Below, one piece after another: positions 8,372 to 15,095 of a DNA stretch of 31,135 nucleotides. The stretch's first letter is position 1. The number at the start of each line of letters is the position of its first letter. Under the pieces are notes generated by a model. The model did not search any database, was not told where the DNA came from, and was given only the letters and a program-made list of their open reading frames with translations. Location of the stretch: positions 1 through 31,135 of the IMG/VR virus record IMGVR_UViG_3300020044_001237. One strand, written 5' to 3'. This DNA is from a virus (lineage: Duplodnaviria > Caudoviricetes). The translations under genes and the position numbers were made by a program.

Positions 8372-8912
8372 TTTTTATGCTGTTAAACAACTCACCCCAA
8401 TTTTTTACCTGATAGATCAAATCTTCGTTTTCAATTTCGTAGGTGTCTGCCTTTAACTCAAAGGTAGTGCCGTTAGTTCTTTCGCGAATCGTACCCTTTT
8501 CGTAAAACTTGGCAAGCCATAAAAAGGTTGCCTTTGGTAACCAGCCACAGATAGTCAACTTGTAGTCAATAGTGTTTAGGCTAGAAAATATGTAGCCATC
8601 AACATTAAACCTAGTCTGTGACGCGATTAGGTTATTAACATACTTTAGGGTCGGTGTGACTGTGCGCCCCATTGTCTTAATGTCTATCTTTTTGCCGTGT
8701 ATTACAAAGTCTACGCCACCATCATGCGTTGTGGTCGGTTGCATAAACGGCAATCCTAGCGCGTGAGCCATCATATTCTGACCAATAACCCCAACTAACT
8801 GCTGGCTTTTTGTGCCGTTAGAATCATCAGGGCGCATCCCCAAATTGTTATGCTCTACAAACTCTTTGCTGGCATCTATAACTAGCTGGGGAACTTGGAC
8901 ATTAAACGCCAT
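8358..8912 (-). CDS. Putative PD-(D/E)xK endonuclease
   Basis: DGGVDF....KIDIKT catalytic-like pattern. Confidence 0.6.
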   Translation of the reverse strand: MAFNVQVPQLVIDASKEFVEHNNLGMRPDDSNGTKSQQLVGVIGQNMMAHALGLPFMQPTTTHDGGVDFVIHGKKIDIKTMGRTVTPTLKYVNNLIASQTRFNVDGYIFSSLNTIDYKLTICGWLPKATFLWLAKFYEKGTIRERTNGTTFELKADTYEIENEDLIYQVKNWGELFNSIKNDKK

Positions 8913-9075
8913 TAATGTAGTCTACAGTCAACTGTTCTAGCTTTTCTGCGCTTTCGGCAATGTCTACGCTTAACTCTAGCATCTGCGTAGGGTTTGCAGA
9001 TTTGAGTGAATCGTCATACATCTTGCAAAGCAGTTTAAGGATTAAAAATTCTTCGGTTACTTTTAATGTGGTCAT
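8902..9075 (-). CDS. Hypothetical protein (57 aa; not in the ORF track)
   Basis: MTTLKVTEEFLILKLLCKMYDDSLKSANPTQMLELSVDIAESAEKLEQLTVDYINGV; overlaps both neighbours. Confidence 0.6.
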   Translation of the reverse strand: MTTLKVTEEFLILKLLCKMYDDSLKSANPTQMLELSVDIAESAEKLEQLTVDYINGV

Positions 9076-9401
9076 TTTAAAATCCTATCTTGGGTTCTGT
9101 TTGATACTTCTAGGGTCTGCCATGTGGAATGGCGTAGTCGTGCGGCTTCTAATTCCCATTTCAATTTTTCTGCATTTTCTGTAGCCGTGCCTATTGAATC
9201 GCATAAATCTTGATATTCTTGGCTGGCGTAGGCTTCGCGTTCTTGCGCTCCAATGGTTTGCTCATTAGATTTCTTCATCATAATGGCTTTTAGACTACTT
9301 TTAAATGTTTCTAATTGGGCTAATTCACCTTTTGCCTGTGCATACTTACCTGCGTTATCTAATATAAAGTCTATACATTTGTTGGGGTCTATCTCTCTCA
9401 T
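9072..9401 (-). CDS. Coiled-coil phage protein (possibly UvsY-like)
   Basis: Helical; YAQAK...QEREAYAS.EY pattern; coupled to neighbours. Confidence 0.6.
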   Translation of the reverse strand: MREIDPNKCIDFILDNAGKYAQAKGELAQLETFKSSLKAIMMKKSNEQTIGAQEREAYASQEYQDLCDSIGTATENAEKLKWELEAARLRHSTWQTLEVSNRTQDRILK

Positions 9402-9601
9402 TTTCCTAATCTCTTTTTAATTAACATTTTTATTTCCGCTTCGGTTTCGGGGTTTTGTTGTATTAACTTAACCACCGCATCCCAGCCACGCTTCTTTGCT
9501 ACACCGATGTACCAATCTACTAGGTACGCCTGTTTTACTGCTTTGGGCCTATGAATAATCCCATGAATCATTGACGCAAAAGGATCAGGCTTGTTCTTCA
9601 A
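9398..9601 (-). CDS. Hypothetical protein (67 aa)
   Basis: Overlapping ORF within the operon. Confidence 0.6.
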   Translation of the reverse strand: MKNKPDPFASMIHGIIHRPKAVKQAYLVDWYIGVAKKRGWDAVVKLIQQNPETEAEIKMLIKKRLGK

Positions 9602-9968
9602 GTTGCTTTATCTTTTGACTAATTCGCGCCCGTAGTTGTTGCCAGCCTTCGCCAGCATAGGGAGTAATACCAACTTCTCCTGCTTTCTTTAAAGTTAATT
9701 CTTCTGTAGCGTAAAACGGCAGTTCAGGCTTTTTGTTTTGTATCGGCTCGATGTCAAGCTCGTCATCGTAACGACCAGCCCGTAACCAAGACGCGGGATA
9801 TGGTATGTAGTCTTTAGCGGTTTCTTTAATCTTCCAGTACTTAAGATGCTGTGGCAGGGCTTCTATGGCCTTTAATTGCTCATCGGCAGTCATAGACCGC
9901 CAAGCTTTTTCAGCGTCTTTACGGGCCATCTTACGGGGGTACAGACCATAAAACACAGCAAATGTCAT
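9585..9968 (-). CDS. Stand-alone C-terminal domain of a phage replication initiator (replisome-organizer/O-like)
   Basis: F..FY..YPRK..K..A.KAW...YIPYPASWL...RYDDE begins at residue 3, with no N-terminal HTH. Confidence 0.7.
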   Translation of the reverse strand: MTFAVFYGLYPRKMARKDAEKAWRSMTADEQLKAIEALPQHLKYWKIKETAKDYIPYPASWLRAGRYDDELDIEPIQNKKPELPFYATEELTLKKAGEVGITPYAGEGWQQLRARISQKIKQLEEQA

Positions 9969-10117
9969 TCTACATCCTCGACAAGTAATTGAATTTTAGA
10001 AATGATGTCATAAATGTACTTAACATCGTTTAAAGATAGCTGACCCAGTAATTGCAAAATTTTAATTACCGCGATGTCGTTGTCTAACGGCTGGGGTTTA
10101 ACTAGCGTTTCGATCAT
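9965..10117 (-). CDS. Hypothetical protein (50 aa; not in the ORF track)
   Basis: MIETLVKPQPLDNDIAVIKILQLLGQLSLNDVKYIYDIISKIQLLVEDVE; ATGA overlap with the next gene. Confidence 0.6.
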   Translation of the reverse strand: MIETLVKPQPLDNDIAVIKILQLLGQLSLNDVKYIYDIISKIQLLVEDVE

Positions 10118-10382
10118 TTAACTGTTTCCTTAATGCGGCACATTCATCTTCTAACATTTTGGTGTGTTCTACTTCTTGGTTGTCGGCAAATTTCAATACA
10201 GGCTTGTCAAGGGCAAGTTTAGCTAGTTCGATGTACCTATCAATTTCAAGTCTGTCCTCGCCACCAATAGCCGCCTTGCTATGACTAATGGGTTTACCCA
10301 TGTTGTCGTAGTAGACTTCGCGAATTTCAAAATAATCTTCGTAAGAGTTACTCATGTTAACCAAGCGCAAGTTCCAAGTCAT
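10098..10382 (-). CDS. Hypothetical protein (MTWNLR...FEIREVYYD type); start revised to ATG 10382
   Basis: GGGGT SD-like sequence upstream of ATG 10382; WN.R...EVYYD motif. Confidence 0.7.
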   Translation of the reverse strand: MTWNLRLVNMSNSYEDYFEIREVYYDNMGKPISHSKAAIGGEDRLEIDRYIELAKLALDKPVLKFADNQEVEHTKMLEDECAALRKQLNDRNAS

Positions 10383-10399
10383 TTTGTACCCCAAATAAG

Positions 10400-10434
10400 T
10401 TTAACTGGCTTAAGTATAAGTTAAGTGCGCTTAA
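10400..10434. promoter_or_regulatory. Two TTAAG-N4-CTTAA operator-like sites flanking a leftward -10 (TATACT)
   Basis: TTTAACTGGCTTAA (10400-10413) and TTAAGTGCGCTTAA (10421-10434); minus-strand TATACT at 10413-10418. Confidence 0.6.
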
Positions 10435-10484
10435 TGTTTTGATTTATTTTGTAGTGGTTTTCCCTAATGTGTTGTTTTTTAGTC

Positions 10485-10722
10485 ATAGGTTGCCCAAAGG
10501 TGATAAGCCTTCATCCATTCAAGAAGTAGTACTTGAACTAATGCTACCGAAGTTAATGTTCAATCGATATAAGGTTGTCTATCACCATTGTCCTTATAAC
10601 TTGTGCGATACCCATTTAAGTTCGCGCGGCTTGCTATCAGGTGTAGATCAGCCGATGTATTCTTCCACGCCACCCAGTTAGGTGCTTAATTTCGTTTGGA
10701 GTACGAATGGGAATTGACAATA
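10485..10722 (-). ncRNA. Candidate multi-stem structured RNA (or structured origin) of unknown family
   Basis: Nested stems, C(UUCG)G and GG(GCAA)CC tetraloops in minus sense, and an 8-bp loop-to-distal pairing. Confidence 0.6.
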
Positions 10723-10840
10723 AAAAAGGGCTTTAGGGGTAGCTTTGTGATAGAACGGCTTGGGAAATGCCTCTTTACTTCATTTCCTAAACCCACAAAG
10801 TTACCTCTAAAACCCTATTTATCGAGTGTTCTATTCCTCA
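10722..10840 (-). ncRNA. C4/CI-like bulged long hairpin (antisense RNA or attenuator) with a U-tail
   Basis: 23-bp and 13-bp imperfect stems; 7-nt bulge GUUCUAU complementary to the upstream loop AUAGAAC; minus-strand TATAAT at 10849-10854. Confidence 0.6.
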
Positions 10841-10856
10841 ATAACTTAATTATACA

Positions 10857-11087
10857 TCATCTTAATTCAGGCCATATCATTTTGTAAGAAAGCGGAAAAA
10901 GCTCTTTTCTAGTGATAAGACCAGCACTTTCCTTTTCTAAAGTTGCGGCAAGGATCACCAACTTATCGTAAGGAATTATCCCGTTTTGCCACATAGACAC
11001 CGCTGGAACGCTTACCCCTACTAGGTTTGCCACCTTTGTAGGGCCGCCCAACAACTTAATCATTGCTCTTGTAGATATTTTTTCCAT
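10857..11087 (-). CDS. Cro-like HTH regulator (YdaS/Cro family)
   Basis: LGGPTKVANLVGVSVPAVSMW..IP...ELFP; divergent from the early operon. Confidence 0.85.
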   Translation of the reverse strand: MEKISTRAMIKLLGGPTKVANLVGVSVPAVSMWQNGIIPYDKLVILAATLEKESAGLITRKELFPLSYKMIWPELR

Positions 11088-11157
11088 AAGCTATCTTAAC
11101 ATTTTTACAACAAATTTCAAATAATCTATTGCAATCTTATTTAAGTTGGCTTAATAT
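11086..11157. promoter_or_regulatory. Divergent promoters with operators
   Basis: Rightward TTGCAA(11129)-17-TAATAT(11152) with TTAAGTTGGCTTAA (11141-11154). Leftward TTGAAA-16-TAAGAT (extended -10) with ATAAGCTATCTTAA (11086-11099). Confidence 0.7.
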
Positions 11158-11196
11158 CTAAATACGGTATGTGCCGTGTTAATTAGGAGAACTCGT

Positions 11197-11397
11197 ATGA
11201 GTGAGCAAGATCAAGACCTCAATAGCTTCCAAGAACATTTGGAACGCATCTTTAAAGACCTCGATGACGGAATGATGCTAACTGCCGATGAAATCGGTGA
11301 CCTTCGTTACGCCTGCGGTTTACCTGCTCCAGTAAGACCAAACCCAGTATTAAAAGCAGTCTTTGATGACTTTTCAAATATTTTTAGGAACGCATAA
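11197..11397 (+). CDS. Early hypothetical protein (66 aa; start revised to ATG 11197)
   Basis: SD AGGAG upstream of ATG 11197. Confidence 0.7.
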   Translation: MSEQDQDLNSFQEHLERIFKDLDDGMMLTADEIGDLRYACGLPAPVRPNPVLKAVFDDFSNIFRNA

Positions 11398-12011
11398 TGA
11401 TTATTTCAGATAACAGTAAAGAATTTAAAATAGCCCCAGCAGGGCTACATATGGCACGGTTGTACAGCATTATTGACTTGGGCCACCAATCCGTAGAATG
11501 GGCTGGCGAATCCAAAATTATGCACAAGGTCGTGTTGACATGGGAGTTGCATGGCGATGACGATGCAGGCCAGCCTTTACAGACAGACGATAAAAAACCT
11601 TTAATTGTGTCTAAACGCTATACCGTGTCTTTGGGTGACCAAGCGCGATTGCGTCAAGACCTTGAAAGCTGGTCTAACAAGAAGATGAGCGCAGAGGACA
11701 GAAAGAATTTTGACCTTAAGAATTTGTTGGGTAAGTTTTGCATGGTCAACATCACGCATTCAGAAGATGGCAAGTACGCTAACATTAGCGGTATTAGCCC
11801 CGTACCGTCAGCCCTTCGCGCGGCCCAGCCTGAAGGCATCAACCCTACCAAAATCTTTTGGCTACAGGACTACAAGCAAGAAGATTACGATGCTTTGCCA
11901 AAGTATTACAAAGAAAAGATTACCGAATCATCTGAATGGCGTGGTCAAAAGGCTAGAGAAGCAAACGAGCCTACGATTGAAGATGACAAACTCAACGACA
12001 TTCCATTTTAA
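11397..12011 (+). CDS. Phage ssDNA-binding-like protein (NGO0469/DUF669-like)
   Basis: PAG.H.AR...IDLG.Q N-terminus and an acidic SSB-type tail ending DIPF. Confidence 0.7.
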   Translation: MIISDNSKEFKIAPAGLHMARLYSIIDLGHQSVEWAGESKIMHKVVLTWELHGDDDAGQPLQTDDKKPLIVSKRYTVSLGDQARLRQDLESWSNKKMSAEDRKNFDLKNLLGKFCMVNITHSEDGKYANISGISPVPSALRAAQPEGINPTKIFWLQDYKQEDYDALPKYYKEKITESSEWRGQKAREANEPTIEDDKLNDIPF

Positions 12012-12020
12012 AGAACAACC

Positions 12021-12236
12021 ATGAAAGTAATTTTAGAACACGCTGGACCATATATGCCGCCATTAGAAGTGCGTGATTATTTTGCAACTAAAGCAATGTC
12101 TTGCCTTTTGTTTGATAGAAAACATAATTGGGGAAGTGGCGGAAGTTTAGGCAAAGGATGGCTTGAAGGCGTAGCAAAAATGTCAGAATTGGCTTACGAA
12201 ATTGCTGACGCAATGGTGGAAGCGAGAAAACAATGA
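12021..12236 (+). CDS. Small phage protein of the RDYFA.KAM...AY.IADAM family
   Basis: Recognisable motif pair. Confidence 0.75.
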   Translation: MKVILEHAGPYMPPLEVRDYFATKAMSCLLFDRKHNWGSGGSLGKGWLEGVAKMSELAYEIADAMVEARKQ

Positions 12237-12994
12237 TAATTAAAGACAAACAACAAGATAGCGGCCATTGGTATACCCGTCAGGGTACGCCTGCCTACAC
12301 TACCATCGGAAAAACTGGCGAAAGACCTACGACTTTGCGTGATGCGCGAAAAGAAGGTTTGCTTCCCAGCGTTACCACAATCATCAATGTCTTGGACAAA
12401 GCGGGATTGACAAACTGGAAGTTGCAACAGGTCTTACTTGCCGCCTTAACTTTGCCTAGGGAAGTAAACGAACCCGAACAGGAATGGCTAAAGCGCGTTA
12501 TGCAGGACAGCCGTTCTACTGGCAGGGAAGCGGCAGAGCGCGGTACGGCTATCCACGCCATTATTGAAAGCTATTTTGAGCAGGTGTATATGCCTGTCAA
12601 GCCAGCTTACCTTGATGCTATAGATGATGTACTAAAGCATCATTTTGGAAATCAACCGTGGCTTGCAGAAAAGTCTTTTGGGCATCCGTTAGGGTTTGGT
12701 GGCAAGTGCGATTTGATGGCTAAACCTGTCAACGGTCAGGGTACAGGCTACATTGTTGACTTCAAGACAAAAGATACGGATTTAGACAAAGTTGATGTAT
12801 ATTTTGAGCATGAACTACAACTAGCGAGCTATCGTGAAGGCCTAAACTTGCCCAACGCGCGCTGTGCTATCGTATTTGTCAACGGCACTACAAACCAAGT
12901 AAAATTGGTAGAAGTGGAAGAATCCAAGCTACAAAATGGCTGGGAGTGCTTTCAACATTTGTTACGGGTCTATCAGATCAAAAACAATCTTTAA
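12233..12994 (+). CDS. PD-(D/E)xK recombination exonuclease (RecB/Cas4-like fold)
   Basis: PSVTTI, RGTAIH, GKCDL, IVDFKT, LQLASY. Confidence 0.85.
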   Translation: MIIKDKQQDSGHWYTRQGTPAYTTIGKTGERPTTLRDARKEGLLPSVTTIINVLDKAGLTNWKLQQVLLAALTLPREVNEPEQEWLKRVMQDSRSTGREAAERGTAIHAIIESYFEQVYMPVKPAYLDAIDDVLKHHFGNQPWLAEKSFGHPLGFGGKCDLMAKPVNGQGTGYIVDFKTKDTDLDKVDVYFEHELQLASYREGLNLPNARCAIVFVNGTTNQVKLVEVEESKLQNGWECFQHLLRVYQIKNNL

Positions 12995-13009
12995 TTCCTT
13001 CACGGGAAC

Positions 13010-13038
13010 GGGGGAAAGCGTAAAGAAGCAAGTACCCC
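13010..13038 (+). ncRNA. Hairpin with a loop-E/sarcin-ricin-like internal loop
   Basis: GGGG-GAAA-GC-loop-GC-AAGTA-CCCC. Confidence 0.45.
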
Positions 13039-13047
13039 AACTTCTTT

Positions 13048-13140
13048 AGGGCGTTAAGCCGCCATAGTAGGATGCAGTAAGTTAGGCTTTTTGCGGCTTT
13101 CCACCTAACAGCTACCAACTGCCAAATACTGCCCTTTTTT
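13048..13140 (+). ncRNA. Pseudoknotted structured RNA ending in a U-run (may also act as terminator)
   Basis: Four nested stems plus a 7-bp AAGCCGC/GCGGCTT bulge-loop pairing. Confidence 0.55.
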
Positions 13141-13227
13141 ATACATATTGTTGGTAAATGTATAAAATACCCTACATTTTGTATATGTTGTTTTTTTGTT
13201 ATTAGGGTTTTCCTTACTAAAAAAGTG

Positions 13228-13256
13228 TTGACATTGTTAAGCTGGCTTAATATACT
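13228..13256 (+). promoter_or_regulatory. Near-consensus sigma70 early promoter with an operator in the spacer
   Basis: TTGACA-17-TATACT; TTAAGCTGGCTTAA at 13237-13250. Confidence 0.85.
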
Positions 13257-13299
13257 GGAGTTACTCCATTGGGGAGTGAGATAGAAAAAGGAGTTTTAA

Positions 13300-13554
13300 A
13301 TGAATGACATTAAAAAAGGCGGCAAAGTTCTTTGGTTTGGTAGCGTCAAAGGTGATTGGTTTTATGACGGCCGTATTTCATTAAGCGTTTTGTATTTTGC
13401 AAAAAAAGCTGAAGCTGAAAAAATTGCTAAATCTGTTGCCAAACAAGGTTGCAAATACAACGGTGGTTGGTTTGATGGTACGCCATGCGGTCGTGAGCCA
13501 GCAAGAGATTTTCAAGATAACAACGGTACAAATTGGTATGCAGTAACCTGTTAA
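13300..13554 (+). CDS. Early hypothetical protein (84 aa)
   Basis: SD AAGGAG; first gene after the strong promoter. Confidence 0.75.
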   Translation: MNDIKKGGKVLWFGSVKGDWFYDGRISLSVLYFAKKAEAEKIAKSVAKQGCKYNGGWFDGTPCGREPARDFQDNNGTNWYAVTC

Positions 13555-13561
13555 TTAATTA

Positions 13562-13577
13562 GCCCCCTACGGGGGGC
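13562..13577 (+). terminator. GC-rich hairpin with a UACG loop (terminator or processing element)
   Basis: GCCCCC-TACG-GGGGGC; weak U-tail. Confidence 0.5.
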
Positions 13578-13602
13578 ATACTTTAAAAAAGTGAGATAGA
13601 AA

Positions 13603-13809
13603 ATGAATAAAATTAAAAAAGCACCTTACATGGGCCATTTGTATGTAGGTGACACAATGGTAGATATACACGGCTACGGCCGTGGTGAAATCTGCGAAGT
13701 TTATATTTCTGATACCGACATCAGCGTATGGGAAATGATCCACGCATTAAATTGGGATAAGTTTGAAAAAGACGCGGATGAAGCCGCTTACGCATATGCT
13801 AATTCTTAA
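13603..13809 (+). CDS. Early acidic hypothetical protein (68 aa)
   Basis: ORF follows the repeated leader. Confidence 0.65.
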   Translation: MNKIKKAPYMGHLYVGDTMVDIHGYGRGEICEVYISDTDISVWEMIHALNWDKFEKDADEAAYAYANS

Positions 13810-13819
13810 GGAGAAAATC

Positions 13820-14128
13820 ATGAAAGACTTTATCGGAGCGTGTTTACTGGGTGCTTTGTTGGGATGTATGTTTGGCTACGGCACAGCTAAAGCGCAAACC
13901 TATCCCATGACCGACAGTCGTGGGTTTAATGTGGGTACAGTTCAAATACAGGGCAATACAGCCCAGTTTGTAAACCCGATGGGCTACACAACCCAAACGG
14001 CCACAATCTACCCCAATCAGGTTGTTTTTAGCACTCCCAGCGGTGTAACTACAGGCGTAGTAGGGACTACAAGCTACAGCGTACCGCCTAGCCCGCCAAC
14101 AGTACCAAGCGTGAGGGTATTGCAATGA
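13820..14128 (+). CDS. Exported protein or lipoprotein (102 aa; start revised to ATG 13820)
   Basis: SD AAGGAG; MKDFIGACLLGALLGCMFGYGTAKA-QT signal-like N-terminus. Confidence 0.7.
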   Translation: MKDFIGACLLGALLGCMFGYGTAKAQTYPMTDSRGFNVGTVQIQGNTAQFVNPMGYTTQTATIYPNQVVFSTPSGVTTGVVGTTSYSVPPSPPTVPSVRVLQ

Positions 14129-14313
14129 GTACAAGGTCAAAAGGAATGGTCGGCAAGACCTACAGAACAGCGTCAGAAGCGTTTAAAGATGCTGACTATG
14201 CTACCGCCTTACAAAGACCCGAATCGTCTGATTTTGACGGGTTTGGTGCGTTCTGTGGGGCTTTATTGTTTTTAGCCGTGTTTGCTTACGGCTTTTGGAG
14301 AACTATCAGCTAA
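14125..14313 (+). CDS. Small protein with a C-terminal TM helix
   Basis: ATGA overlap; RT.SEAF.DADYA motif and a hydrophobic tail. Confidence 0.65.
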   Translation: MSTRSKGMVGKTYRTASEAFKDADYATALQRPESSDFDGFGAFCGALLFLAVFAYGFWRTIS

Positions 14314-14887
14314 TTGCGTTTAAAACCATGTTAATTTTGGCTTTACGGTCATCAAGGCCAATAAGCCCACCGTTAATGCGTTTGGTCATGGTTTCAATAT
14401 CATCGACCAGCGCATTTAACCCTTTTTTGTTCCAGTACCAGCCTGCACTCAAAGCCGCATATTTAGGAGTAGCCAGCCAATCAGGATTCCCAATAAAATC
14501 CACACCCAAACCAAGTCCGCAGTTTGCATAGTTTTCTTTGCCAGTAAGTTGTATCAATCCGCGCCCGATGTACTTGCCAGCATCTTCAGGCGTCAGGTTG
14601 CCCATCCTACCTGCGTAGACTTTAGACGCAATCTTTACTGGGTTACGCTCATATTTTAGTGCCGTGTCCATGTCAGGAAAGCGGCTGGGCCAAGTGTTCA
14701 TTAAAGCTTTGGCAGAGTAATTTAAGTTTTCCACAAGGTGCTTAAATCCGCCCGATTCGTGCATACATTGACCGATAAAACAGGCTTGACGCTTTGGGGT
14801 GTTTATTTCGTACTTGGCAAATGTTTCGTTTAGGGGATCAAGCCATTCAGGGCCAATGCCTAATTTGCTTAATTGATCATTCGTCAT
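14306..14887 (-). CDS. GH19 (chitinase-like) endolysin; likely start ATG 14887
   Basis: FIGQCMHESGGF..VENLNYS, YIGRGLIQLTGKENY, TKRINGG. Confidence 0.92.
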   Translation of the reverse strand: MTNDQLSKLGIGPEWLDPLNETFAKYEINTPKRQACFIGQCMHESGGFKHLVENLNYSAKALMNTWPSRFPDMDTALKYERNPVKIASKVYAGRMGNLTPEDAGKYIGRGLIQLTGKENYANCGLGLGVDFIGNPDWLATPKYAALSAGWYWNKKGLNALVDDIETMTKRINGGLIGLDDRKAKINMVLNAIS

Positions 14888-15095
14888 TTGCGCCAATTTT
14901 TATACCTGTTATAAGACCTATAAATCCGCCAATAATTGTTTGAAAAGCTGGTGTAATAACTTCAAAAATTTTATCGTTGCTAATATCGTTGTCAAAAAGA
15001 CCGACAAGCATTGCACATACCATGCTGATAACTACTACACAAAGGGTAGAAGTCACCATCATAGTTATAACTTCAGAAACCTTTTTATCATCCAT
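14877..15095 (-). CDS. Two-TM membrane protein (holin-like)
   Basis: Two hydrophobic segments; within the lysis cassette. Confidence 0.6.
   Translation of the reverse strand: MDDKKVSEVITMMVTSTLCVVVISMVCAMLVGLFDNDISNDKIFEVITPAFQTIIGGFIGLITGIKIGANDE

Larger units (their letters stand above)
13275..13603 (+). repeat. 14-bp direct repeat AGTGAGATAGAAAA in two early gene leaders
   Basis: Copies at 13275-13288 and 13590-13603. Confidence 0.75.

Noticed and set aside
10499-10586. TATCACC/GGTGATA resembling lambda operator half-sites
   Set aside because: About 80 bp apart rather than a 17-bp operator; better explained as RNA pairing
10439-10887. Plus-strand ORFs 10439..10681 and 10696..10887
   Set aside because: TTG starts, no convincing SD, antisense to the operon; the region is better explained as structured RNA
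12233-12994. Cas4-like nuclease as a sign of CRISPR
   Set aside because: No Fe-S cysteine cluster, cas genes or array; sits in a recombination module
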